Source: an uncultured delta proteobacterium
GTDB taxonomy: Bacteria; Myxococcota_A; Polyangia; Fen-1088
DNA length: 64,000 nt
Reading direction: 5' to 3'
Assembly: GCA_963796685.1 (NCBI GenBank)
Contig: CAWCMR010000013.1
Span: 636,605-700,604 of the forward strand
A program made the translations under genes and the position numbers. The notes beneath the pieces were generated by a model, which had not been told where the DNA came from, ran no database searches, and saw only the letters and a program-made list of their open reading frames with translations. This document shows, piece by piece, positions 54,539-63,105 of this stretch; the first letter of the stretch is position 1, and the number at the start of each line of letters is the position of its first letter.

Positions 54539-54607
54539 GGGTCTTTCCTTTGTTCGAGGTTTCGGGTTTCGGGTTTCGGTTTCGGTTTCGGTGTCGGTGT
54601 CGGTGGT

Positions 54608-54895
54608 TCAAGCGTCGATTGGTGTCGAGGCGTCGGCCGCCTGCATGCGATCAAACTCAGCGAGCACGGATGCGATCATCTCGGGCGGGAAGCCGATGTC
54701 GTGTAGCTGCTCCATGACCTGGAGGTCTGGCGCCAAAGCATCGGGCCCAATGAGAATCTTGAGCCTGACGACAGTGCCGACAAGGCCAAGCTCGTCGCTG
54801 TCGGGGTCCTGTATGGTTCCAGGCACCACACCAGGGCGGGCCAACCCCGTCCGCAGCTCGGCGATTCGGAACACGGGCCTAATAGGGTCGCTCAT
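54608..54895 (-). CDS. Satellite hypothetical protein
   Basis: MSDPIRPVFRIAE...; AAAGGA RBS; part of the co-directional operon. Confidence 0.5.
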   Translation of the reverse strand: MSDPIRPVFRIAELRTGLARPGVVPGTIQDPDSDELGLVGTVVRLKILIGPDALAPDLQVMEQLHDIGFPPEMIASVLAEFDRMQAADASTPIDA

Positions 54896-55127
54896 GGGGC
54901 AAAGGTCCTTTCGCTTGGTGGAAGAGATCACCCCCGGCGCGCGCTTGGTCCGCTGGCGAATGGCAGCACCGCGCGACGAAGTACGCGGCAACACGACGCC
55001 GGGAGTGAAAATAGAAATTCCCCCGCGACACGCAGATCGCTGGCAGGCCATGGTCAGACCGGCGGCGGCACGCAGGAAACCCAAAACCTGCGCCTGTACG
55101 TCGCGGGGGAACTTGGAAATTCATCAT
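54879..55127 (-). CDS. Satellite hypothetical protein
   Basis: ATGA overlap with the upstream ORF. Confidence 0.35.
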   Translation of the reverse strand: MMNFQVPPRRTGAGFGFPACRRRSDHGLPAICVSRGNFYFHSRRRVAAYFVARCCHSPADQARAGGDLFHQAKGPLPHERPY

Positions 55128-55441
55128 GATGCGTCCTCGTCTGTCGCCGGGGCCGACTCGATCTTCGAGCCGTAGGAGCTGGCCGTGGAAGCATCGACCA
55201 GAATGATTCTGATCTCGCGGAGCTGGCGCTGGCCTACGGGCCGTTGACCTCGTCCGCGCGGAGCGAAGATGGGCGGCCTCACGGATTGCGGCTCGGCTTG
55301 CGGAAGCCAGTCAGGTAATCGCACTGGCTTGCGGCCACCGAGCGCTTCCCAGACCGTCAACAGCACAGGGCGAACCTTGCCCAGTGCCGGGACCTTGGCC
55401 TTGAGGTCGAGGAGCCGCCGGCGCAAGGATTGGAGACTCAT
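55124..55441 (-). CDS. Satellite hypothetical protein
   Basis: ATGA coupling with both neighbours; MSLQSLRRRLLDLK start. Confidence 0.5.
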   Translation of the reverse strand: MSLQSLRRRLLDLKAKVPALGKVRPVLLTVWEALGGRKPVRLPDWLPQAEPQSVRPPIFAPRGRGQRPVGQRQLREIRIILVDASTASSYGSKIESAPATDEDAS

Positions 55442-55884
55442 GGTTGAACGCCATCCTGTGTGAGGGTCGCGAGCGTGGCTTCAAGGTCCGCAACCTTCGC
55501 CTGTAGTTCATCAATTTCGACTGTCTTGATCGCGTTGTCGACCACCGCTTTCGAGGCGGCCACTCGAACCGCGGTTCCCTTACCATCAGTCATGCGTACC
55601 AGGCTTCGAGCTGCGCGCGCCGCACCACTCGCAAGCACGGCCTTGCACTGGCCTACCTGTTCTTGCAGGGCTTCGCGCAAGGCCGTTGCAACTCGTGGAG
55701 TGCTTCGCCACCTCCGGCCAGAGCGTGGGGAGATGCCGACCGCCTGCGACGCTTGCGCCAGTGTCTTGCCGGAAGCCAGCGCTTGCACGAAGCGTAGTTC
55801 ACGGGGGGAAAGCGGCTTGGCCTCGTTCGCCGCCGATCCTTCATCGTCGCCAGAACGGCCAGAATCGGACAAGTTCTTGGTCAT
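55438..55884 (-). CDS. HTH protein, terminase-small-subunit-like
   Basis: LSPRELRFVQALASGKTLAQASQAVGISPRSGRRW HTH, helical middle, and C-terminal coiled coil ELQAKVADLE. Confidence 0.6.
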   Translation of the reverse strand: MTKNLSDSGRSGDDEGSAANEAKPLSPRELRFVQALASGKTLAQASQAVGISPRSGRRWRSTPRVATALREALQEQVGQCKAVLASGAARAARSLVRMTDGKGTAVRVAASKAVVDNAIKTVEIDELQAKVADLEATLATLTQDGVQP

Positions 55885-56163
55885 GGTCGCAACCTCGCTT
55901 TCGCTCGCACGTAACAGTCGAACGCGCAGCTACAAGCAGCGGCGAGCAGGTTGTACGCTTCCCACTCCATCGCGCTGGCCACGATCGGCGCTTCACCTCG
56001 AAGATCAGCCTCAAGACGAAGCTGGACGCGACCACGTGTTTCGCCACGGGCAAAACCGGGAAGTCTCGGAAGGCCGCGAACCCACCGGGCCATGAACTCG
56101 TTCACGAAGCGCCGCTGCGCGCGCGCGGCTGCCCAAGGGGAGCCACGGTGGGTCAGGTCTGGT

Positions 56164-56266
56164 TGGCCAGAGTGGCCAGAGTGGCCAGAGGTTTCATAAA
56201 GTCCCTTACACGACTTCTCGCGAGAGGAGTTTATGGAAGTGCTGGCCACTCTGGCCATCGTGGCCA
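56164..56266. repeat. Iteron-like origin: (TGGCCAGAG)x3, spacer, three inverted copies
   Basis: Direct copies at 56164-56190 and inverted copies at 56242-56266, just downstream of the helicase stop. Confidence 0.7.
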
Positions 56267-56287
56267 CGCGACTTTTCGTGTGGTGCA

Positions 56288-58700
56288 TTAGAACTTCTTC
56301 CTTTTCAACCGTGGGGCGCCGACTGTGGGGCGCCGACCAAGGGGCTTCAACCGTCGACCTTCGACCACTGCCTGACGAAATCGGATACCGAGCCAGGTCC
56401 TGTCCCGCACGTTGTCCACGACCTGGCGCGGGCCCTCGACCACGCCCCGATCCTGCAACTTCGCCGAAAAAGCCTGCGGCCCGAGGGGGTATGCGAAGCC
56501 CTCGCTACGCGTCCAAGATTCGTACCGCGCACGTAGCGCTTGGCGAGTCACTGTGAACTTGGGGCCGAATTCGCAATGCTCCTCGAAGAAGGGGCCGATC
56601 ACGTCGTTCGCATCAACATAGGCATCCGACGCGGCCCGGATCTCGACTGGCACGTTCAAACCTTGTTTGCGCCACGCGCGGAAGCCTTCGATGAAGTAGT
56701 TTGTGATGCCGGGTAGCTCGGCCTTCAGCTTCTCGAACAAGTTCGGGTCGCACTGCCCGTCCAAGAATGTTTGGGTGTACTCGAACATGACGATGCGCCT
56801 TCGGATCGCGGTGCCCGTCTCCCGCAAACGAAGTTTGTGGTTGCCAGAAATGGTGACTTTGGCTGTGTTGGGGAATGTCTCGTGCTCGCAGTAGAGGCGC
56901 CGATCCTTGATCGCATCCTCACCCGTTAGGAGCTTCACGAGAGTGGTGTCCATGAACTTGTCTTGCGGGGTTTCCGTTGCAGCCAGCAGGCGCTTCCCTT
57001 GGGCATCGATCAAGCCGGTAAAGGTCTTCGAGTGCTGAGACTCCACAAATTGATCGCTCGTCGCCGAAAGCGCGTAGGGGCCCAGGACGGCGAGATCGAT
57101 CTGGTTGTCGACAGATTTGCCGTTGGCCCCTTGGCCGACCTTGTTGATCATCTTCTGTTCGGTTGTGACGCCCGAAAGGGTGTAGCCCTTCCACCGATGC
57201 ATGCAGGCTCGTGTGGCCGCGTTGGGCAATACCTCCGTCTGAAAAACCTGGTACCCAGGACATTTCGCGGCGGGGTCGTAGTCGCGATCTCAGGATCATG
57301 GTCAGCAGATCCGACTTGCGGTGCTCGCGGAACACGTCAGCGTCGAGATCGAACGTGCCGTTCTGGAAATTCAGGAGATAGACGTGCTTGTCGAGCACGT
57401 CCGCTGAAACAGCAATGCCAGGCTCGGCGCGTGCGCCTGAAAGAACAGACTCGCGAAAATGGAGCCGCTGAGCTGCCATGGCGAACTTGGTCAGTTCCTG
57501 CGCGCGTGGGTCGTTGGCCTGCACCGCTGCTTGTGCAGCCACAAGATACGCGCCCGCCACCTCTTTGGTACGAGCGAGCATCCGCAGACCGCGCGAATCG
57601 CGTTCCCACACCTTGCCGGTCCATACGATCCAGCATCCCCACTGAGTGACGTAGCACGCAGATCCGCGAACCAGGTCAGCGAAGAATTCAGAGGCGCCCT
57701 GTTCTGTGCGCATGTAGTCGGCCGCGCCCCGTGGTGCCTTCAGGCCCGCGCCCCACGCGCTTGCGATGGTCTTTTGCGTTTCGCTTTTGGGCAGGCCGCA
57801 CGCGATGGCCGCAGAGAGGAGTTCTGGCCGTGCGTCGGGTAGCTCGCCGGTCGCATGTCGCTGTGCCAGGCGATAGGTCTCATCGTTCAACGTTTGGTTA
57901 CGCGCGCCCTCGGGCGTCTGCCGTATCCTATCGACGGCTGCGACGATGGCGGCATGTGCGCCATGAGTGGAGGACTGTGCCGGCGGCATCACGGGCGGGG
58001 TGGGCAGGCTGGTGGTCGACGGCGAGCGTCCTTTGGCCATCGCGGCTTGCCACTTTGGCGGCAAGTCGGCTAGCGCATGATCGAGCGGACTCCGGACCCA
58101 CTGATAGATACCACCTGACGGATGGATCGACGGCGCGACCAGGACGTAGGCGTGATGACGGATGTCCAGACCAGGGCCGAGCTGGCCACAGAACTCTGCG
58201 CCGGGCGGCGCGCGGAACACTAGATGTCGACCGCCGTCGGGGCCGCCAGTCCGCGCCTCGACTGTTTCGGGCAGCAGTCCCAGCTCGGCGACGAGTGCCT
58301 TCAGTGTCTCATTGCCGCCGTGCCGTGGGTCTACGTCGATGGCGACCAGCGCAGACGCAGCCATGGCGATGCCGACGTTCGCGGCGGGTGTGGCTGTCCA
58401 CCACCGGACGATCGTCGCTGCGTCCGTGGTCGCGTCACGCAGGCCGTGCGCCGTCAGCGGCAGTTTCTCGCGCGGGCGACAGGCCAGGACATGGAGTCCT
58501 CGCGCCGCTAGTTCCAAGGCGGCATCAACCATGCGGGGCGGCCGGAGCGCTGCCCTCGCGGCGCCTTCGGGGATCGATGGCAGTTCCCCCTTGTGCCGTG
58601 GCTCGTGCGAGTCACTCCTTTTTCGAGGACTCCATATCCCAGCGATTTGCGCCCGCGTATGTGCCGCGGCGATTGCGAACTCGGCGTCGAACCGGCTCAC
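56288..58700 (-). CDS. Bifunctional primase-polymerase fused to D5/SF3 helicase (frameshift near 57290)
   Basis: Prim-Pol motifs ANVGIA, AIDVDPRHGG, GRHLVF and YVLVAPSIH; D5_N LNFQNGTFDL; Walker A GQGANGKS; KLLTGED. GTG start overlaps the alpA stop. Confidence 0.85.
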
Positions 58701-58915
58701 CGTCCACCTCGCGACGCGACGATGCGCGCCGCGATCCATTCGTCGATGGCGTCGCTCGGCCAGGCAACGCAGCGTCGCCCGAGATGAATCGGCGCCGGGA
58801 ACGTGCCTCTCTGGACGGCATCGTAGATCGCAGTCCGGCGCAGTCCCACGCGCGCGATCACGTCGGGCAGCCGCAGCAGGCGCAGAGGCTCGGCCGTGGT
58901 GGCGCTGCCGGTCAT
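58697..58915 (-). CDS. alpA: AlpA-family regulator/excisionase
   Basis: LLRLPDVIARVGLRRTAIY...GTFPAPIHLG...VAW. Confidence 0.9.
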   Translation of the reverse strand: MTGSATTAEPLRLLRLPDVIARVGLRRTAIYDAVQRGTFPAPIHLGRRCVAWPSDAIDEWIAARIVASRGGR

Positions 58916-59169
58916 AGCCGCCCTGCTTCGAGCGTGGCCAGCAGTGACATGTACTGACGAGCGCGCCATGTGGACAGCGCGAGTTCGAGGCACATGCGGC
59001 TAGCGGGGCGTAGCGGTTCCCCGCGCATGGCGCGCGCCAGGGTGCCGCGATTCAGGCCGATTAGGCGGGCAGCAGTGCGACTGCCCACTTGGGCAGAGAA
59101 CGCCCGAAGGTCGACGAGTTCGTGGCCGAGCAGGACCGCGGTTCCGCTGGTGGTTTGTTTTTGGACCAT
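58912..59169 (-). CDS. Small HTH (Cro-like) protein
   Basis: SRTAARLIGLNRGTLARAMRG; ATGA overlap with alpA. Confidence 0.55.
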   Translation of the reverse strand: MVQKQTTSGTAVLLGHELVDLRAFSAQVGSRTAARLIGLNRGTLARAMRGEPLRPASRMCLELALSTWRARQYMSLLATLEAGRL

Positions 59170-59219
59170 GCTCAAGCGTGGGCGGTGCCCAGCGCCCGGC
59201 AGAAAATTGGAGTGGACGG

Positions 59220-59957
59220 CTAACTGGGCTTCGGGACGCGAAGGGCGATGCCGTATAGCCGCGCCTTGTTTGCCGCGCCCTTGCTACTCGTGATCCCAGC
59301 CCCGTCGCAGAGGTGCTCGGACATCTTCGCATCGTCGAACGGTCCGCAGGGGTCGCAGATGCCCTCCTTCCCTTTGCCCCGTTCGCCCGAGCACGGCTTC
59401 GCCTTGTGCGCCTGGTGCCATTCGAGATAGGCGGCGTGGAGGTCGCTGACCCTGACCTTCGCGTCCGAAGCCCGAAGGCAGCACTCGTCCACGAACAAAC
59501 CCAGGTGAAAGAGTCGCTTGTCCGGGTCGGTACTCTCCTGACGGTCCCGCTCGTGCCACGGCTTCATGCGATCGTGCGCCTTCCCCGATTGCATGCCCAA
59601 CGCTTGCAGCGCACAGAGAAGCCTCACCGCCGCCGGCTCGTTATGGTTTCTGGACCGTGCCAGCGCACGTTGCAGTCGACGCTCGTAGTCCTGGACGATT
59701 GAATGGTCATCCCCGGCATCTATGCGCGCCACCACGTCAGAAGGAAGCTCGTCGCGAAACTCTTCGGCGACGGCAGCGACGAACGTACTGGACTCGTTCT
59801 CTACGCCAGCGGGCGGCGCGTGCTCGAATAGGCCGGCGACGGCGGCTAATAGCTCGTTCTGGTCTGTCTCGCCCTGGGCCGCTTTTCCGGTGAGCGAACG
59901 GGACTTCCACGGGTAGTGCCGAAACTGCTCCAGCCTCGCGCGAGCCCCCTTGGTCAC
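59220..59957 (-). CDS. Hypothetical protein with C-terminal primase-type winged-helix domain
   Basis: GTG start overlaps the integrase stop; LFVDECC...V.VSDLHAAYLEW...YGIALR. Confidence 0.55.
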   Translation of the reverse strand: MTKGARARLEQFRHYPWKSRSLTGKAAQGETDQNELLAAVAGLFEHAPPAGVENESSTFVAAVAEEFRDELPSDVVARIDAGDDHSIVQDYERRLQRALARSRNHNEPAAVRLLCALQALGMQSGKAHDRMKPWHERDRQESTDPDKRLFHLGLFVDECCLRASDAKVRVSDLHAAYLEWHQAHKAKPCSGERGKGKEGICDPCGPFDDAKMSEHLCDGAGITSSKGAANKARLYGIALRVPKPS

Positions 59958-61183
59958 TTGCCCCCCGCGCCTGGCATCGGTTGCACGACGGGCAGGGTGA
60001 AGTCCCCGGCGGCGAGCGTGCCGAGGTAGTCCGCCCACCGCTGCATCATGGCCTTGCGCTCGGGCAGGAACGCCGTGCGGTTGTAGGCGCGTCCGTTCGG
60101 GTCGCGGACCGCGTGAGCAAGCTGCGCTTCGATCAGGTCGACGCGATAGCCAAGGATCTCGTCGAGCAAAGTTCGGGCGGTCGCGCGGAACCCATGGCCG
60201 CTCGCCACCGTCTTGTCGATACCCATGCGACGCAGTGCTGCGTTAATGGCGGCATCAGACATCGGCCGGGTCCGGCTCCGTTGGCTCGGGAATACATATG
60301 GGCAGAGGCCAGTCAACGGGCGCAGCTCGCGCAAGATGGCGACGGCCTGCTTGGCCAGGGGTACGATGTGGGGCTGCCCGGTCTTGCTGGCGGTGAAGCG
60401 CCACTCTGCCTTGGCCAGGTCGATGTCGGCCCACTTGGCCGCGCGTAGCTCGCCAGGGCGCACGAAGAGCAAGGGAGCCAGCTTGAGCGCAGCCGAGACG
60501 ATAGGCGTGCCCTCGTCGTAGGCCCATATCACGCGCAGCAGGTCTGCCAGCTTCGCGGGCTCGGTCACAGCGGCCATGTGCTTGGCCTTCGAGGCCGGCA
60601 GGGCACCGCGCAGGTCTGCCGTAGGGTCGCGTTCCGCGCGCCCGGTGGCGATGGCGAATCTGAATACCATGGACAGGTGGATCCGCACCCGGTGGGCAGT
60701 TTCAAGGCGCCCTCGCCCTTCTATGCGCCGGAGCACGGCCAGGACCTCGGGCGGGGTGATCTCCGCAATGGGTCGCGAACCAATCCAAGGATAGACGTCT
60801 TTCTCAAGTCGCCGTTTCACACCCCTGGTGTGCGATGGTGCCCAAGTGGGCTCGAACCGCGCCAACCATTCCTCCGCGAGGTTCTTGATGGTGTTTGTCG
60901 CCGAGGTGGCTCGGGAGGCTTTGAGCACCTTCCGGTGCGCGCTTGGGTCGATGCCGTCGCGAAGCAGCTTGCGTGCCTCGTCTCGCTTCTCGCGTGCCTC
61001 GGCGAGGGGCACCTCGGGATACGTTCCGAGGGATAGCCGCTTCTCATTGCCAGCGAAGCGGTACTTGAGGCGCCACCACTTACCACCGGACGGCGCGAGT
61101 TCCAGATACATCCCGCCGGTGTCGTAGAGGCGCGTCCGCTTCCCTCTCGGCTTGGCTTTCTTGCAAGCGGTGTCGGTCAGCAT
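59954..61183 (-). CDS. int: P4-family tyrosine integrase
   Basis: MLTD..CKKAKP arm-binding domain, LSLGTYP, VRPGELR, HGFRATART and QLAH...AYNR motifs. Confidence 0.95.
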   Translation of the reverse strand: MLTDTACKKAKPRGKRTRLYDTGGMYLELAPSGGKWWRLKYRFAGNEKRLSLGTYPEVPLAEAREKRDEARKLLRDGIDPSAHRKVLKASRATSATNTIKNLAEEWLARFEPTWAPSHTRGVKRRLEKDVYPWIGSRPIAEITPPEVLAVLRRIEGRGRLETAHRVRIHLSMVFRFAIATGRAERDPTADLRGALPASKAKHMAAVTEPAKLADLLRVIWAYDEGTPIVSAALKLAPLLFVRPGELRAAKWADIDLAKAEWRFTASKTGQPHIVPLAKQAVAILRELRPLTGLCPYVFPSQRSRTRPMSDAAINAALRRMGIDKTVASGHGFRATARTLLDEILGYRVDLIEAQLAHAVRDPNGRAYNRTAFLPERKAMMQRWADYLGTLAAGDFTLPVVQPMPGAGGK

Positions 61184-61361
61184 TTCAAGCATCTCCTTTG
61201 GGGGCAACTCGAATTCGAGCCGGCGAGTTGCCCCCAAGGATGCCCCCACATGCTAGCGGCTGTCAACGAACGCAAGTGGACGTTGGCGGGGTCAAAACGC
61301 CGCTAAGATGCTGATTTTGCTGGGCGCCGTGGACCGATGCGGACTGCGGCGGAACACGTGA

Positions 61362-61438
61362 TGGTGGCGGATCTCGGACTCGAACCGAGGACCCGGCGCG
61401 TATGAAACGCCTGCTCTAACCAGCTGAGCTAACCCGCC
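61362..61438 (-). tRNA. tRNA-Met(CAT), elongator type
   Basis: GGCGGGTTAGCTCAGCTGGTTAGAGC...TTCATAC...GGTTCGAGTCC...CCGCCACCA. The G1-C72 pair argues against fMet; Ile2 cannot be fully excluded. Confidence 0.9.
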
Positions 61439-61602
61439 AAGGGTACGCCATCGATCGATCCCGGAAGAACCGCCGAAAGCGCCGGGCGATTTTGCTTGCC
61501 GCGCGCCTCCTGTCAAGGGCCGTTCGCGACAAAGCGACAAAGACGATGTTGCTCTGTCGTCCTTGACTGACCGCCTGCCCTCCGATAGAAGCCGCGGAGA
61601 GA

Positions 61603-62118
61603 ATGCGCTTATACACGGGCAAGATCCCAGTCATTGCGGCCGAAATCGTGAAGGCCCTCATGGATGGCGACGAGCTGTCGGTGCTCGACCGCGGCGAGGC
61701 CGAGCTCGATGTCCAGGCGGTGCTCAAGGAGTACTTGCGCCTCGAACGGGAGTGCACGGAAAAGGCCAAGGATCTCCTACAGAAGCGCAATCTTCCCTAC
61801 GAGCACTTCGGCAAGATCAAGCGTCAGATCGCGACCGAAAAGGGCTTCGGGCTGGGCGACGAAGGACTCGACTGGATGACCACCCAGATGATCGAGTCGT
61901 TCATGCAGTCGCCACACGTCGAGGAAGTCTTTGCGGACGACGCGACCCTGCGCAAGCGGATGACCGACATTCTCCGGAAGCACATGCAGATCGACGACGA
62001 GATTGACGCCGAGGTGCGCCGCCGCATCAAGAACCTGGAAGAGGGAACGGCGACGTGGGAGGTCGAGTACCAGAAGGCGCTCGACCAGATCAAGAAGAAC
62101 CGCCGTCTAGATGAGTAG
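61603..62118 (+). CDS. DUF507-family protein
   Basis: MRLY..KI start, EEVFADDATLR and IDAEVRRRIKNL.EG motifs. Confidence 0.75.
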   Translation: MRLYTGKIPVIAAEIVKALMDGDELSVLDRGEAELDVQAVLKEYLRLERECTEKAKDLLQKRNLPYEHFGKIKRQIATEKGFGLGDEGLDWMTTQMIESFMQSPHVEEVFADDATLRKRMTDILRKHMQIDDEIDAEVRRRIKNLEEGTATWEVEYQKALDQIKKNRRLDE

Positions 62119-62121
62119 CGG

Positions 62122-62922
62122 CTAGGCCGGGCGCCTGCCGCCTCGATTCCCGGGGCGGCGAACCACGACCCCGCCCCCGGGTGCCCGAGCGGGTGTCGCG
62201 GCTTTGGGGTCCCCAGCCTGGCCAGGCCCCTGCTGAGGCCTCGGCTGGCGATCCCGGGCCAAGGCCATGACCTGGCGGACCAGGCGCTCGATGGACAGGC
62301 CCACGTCCGACAGGCGGGCATCGTCGTACATATAGGCCGGCGTGGACACTACGCGGTTCTTCTGGTCGACCAAGATCTCGCGCTCGGGACAGGGCCGCAC
62401 GTCAGCGCCCATCACCGCCGCGTGCTTGGCCTCCTCGCACGCCTTGGACCCGAAGGTGATACGCACCCCTGCCGCAGGGCCCAGCACGCGCGCCGCCAGG
62501 ATGGGCGCCACGCAGATGAATCCCATGGGCCGACGCCGCAGGAGCATGGCCTTGAGCAACCGGGTGACCTCGGGGTGCACCTCGCAAATGACGCCCTTCT
62601 CCGCGTAGTTCGACAGCACCGTGACCACGCCGTTGCCCCCGGGAAAGATGAGCGCGTCGAGCTCGTTGTCCTGGACGCTGACGATATCGAGCACCTTGCC
62701 GCGCGCGATGCGGGCCGCCTCGGACATCACCCGGCGCGCGCCCCCCGTGTCCGGCGACCGGGTCAGGTGGTCGACCACGCTCGTCTGGGTGGCATCGGGC
62801 GCCATGTAGATGGCCCGTCCCCCGGCTCGCTCGATCCAGTACGACGTGAGAACGGCCTCGTTGATTTCGGAGCCGTCCGCATTGCCGCAGCCTGAAAGAA
62901 CCACTCCCACTCGGGTTGCCAT
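62122..62922 (-). CDS. elbB: ElbB/ES1-like glyoxalase (DJ-1/PfpI family)
   Basis: VVLSGCG.ADGSEINE, EAARIARG, FPGG, ICVAP and VSTPAYM motifs. Confidence 0.85.
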   Translation of the reverse strand: MATRVGVVLSGCGNADGSEINEAVLTSYWIERAGGRAIYMAPDATQTSVVDHLTRSPDTGGARRVMSEAARIARGKVLDIVSVQDNELDALIFPGGNGVVTVLSNYAEKGVICEVHPEVTRLLKAMLLRRRPMGFICVAPILAARVLGPAAGVRITFGSKACEEAKHAAVMGADVRPCPEREILVDQKNRVVSTPAYMYDDARLSDVGLSIERLVRQVMALARDRQPRPQQGPGQAGDPKAATPARAPGGGVVVRRPGNRGGRRPA

Positions 62923-63105
62923 GCAGACACCGCTACCAGAAAGGCCGGTCACTGCCAACCACGGACTTGAACCATGATCCCGCGACAAGCTCAGCGACGT
63001 CGCGAGGCACCGGGCTAAAGGCCCCATTCCAAGGCTAAGCCGTCTACGTGCACGACCACCCGTCATCGCTCCGATTGGGTGCGGGTCGGCGCGCGAAGGA
63101 CACGG

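Larger units (their letters stand above)
51860..61376 (-). mobile_element. tRNA-Met-integrated PICI/P4-like phage satellite (~9.5 kb)
   Basis: Direct repeat ggtggcggatctcg at 51860-51873 and 61363-61376 (tRNA 3' end). Carries integrase, AlpA and primase-helicase, with arm-type repeats at both ends. Confidence 0.88.

Noticed and set aside
55881-56288. 135-aa ORF after the helicase
   Set aside because: It overlaps the iteron array and has no recognisable motif. It may be partly real given the stop/start overlaps, but it is not supportable.
51860-61376. Complete prophage or ICE
   Set aside because: It is too small, and no capsid, tail, lysis, relaxase or T4SS genes are recognisable.
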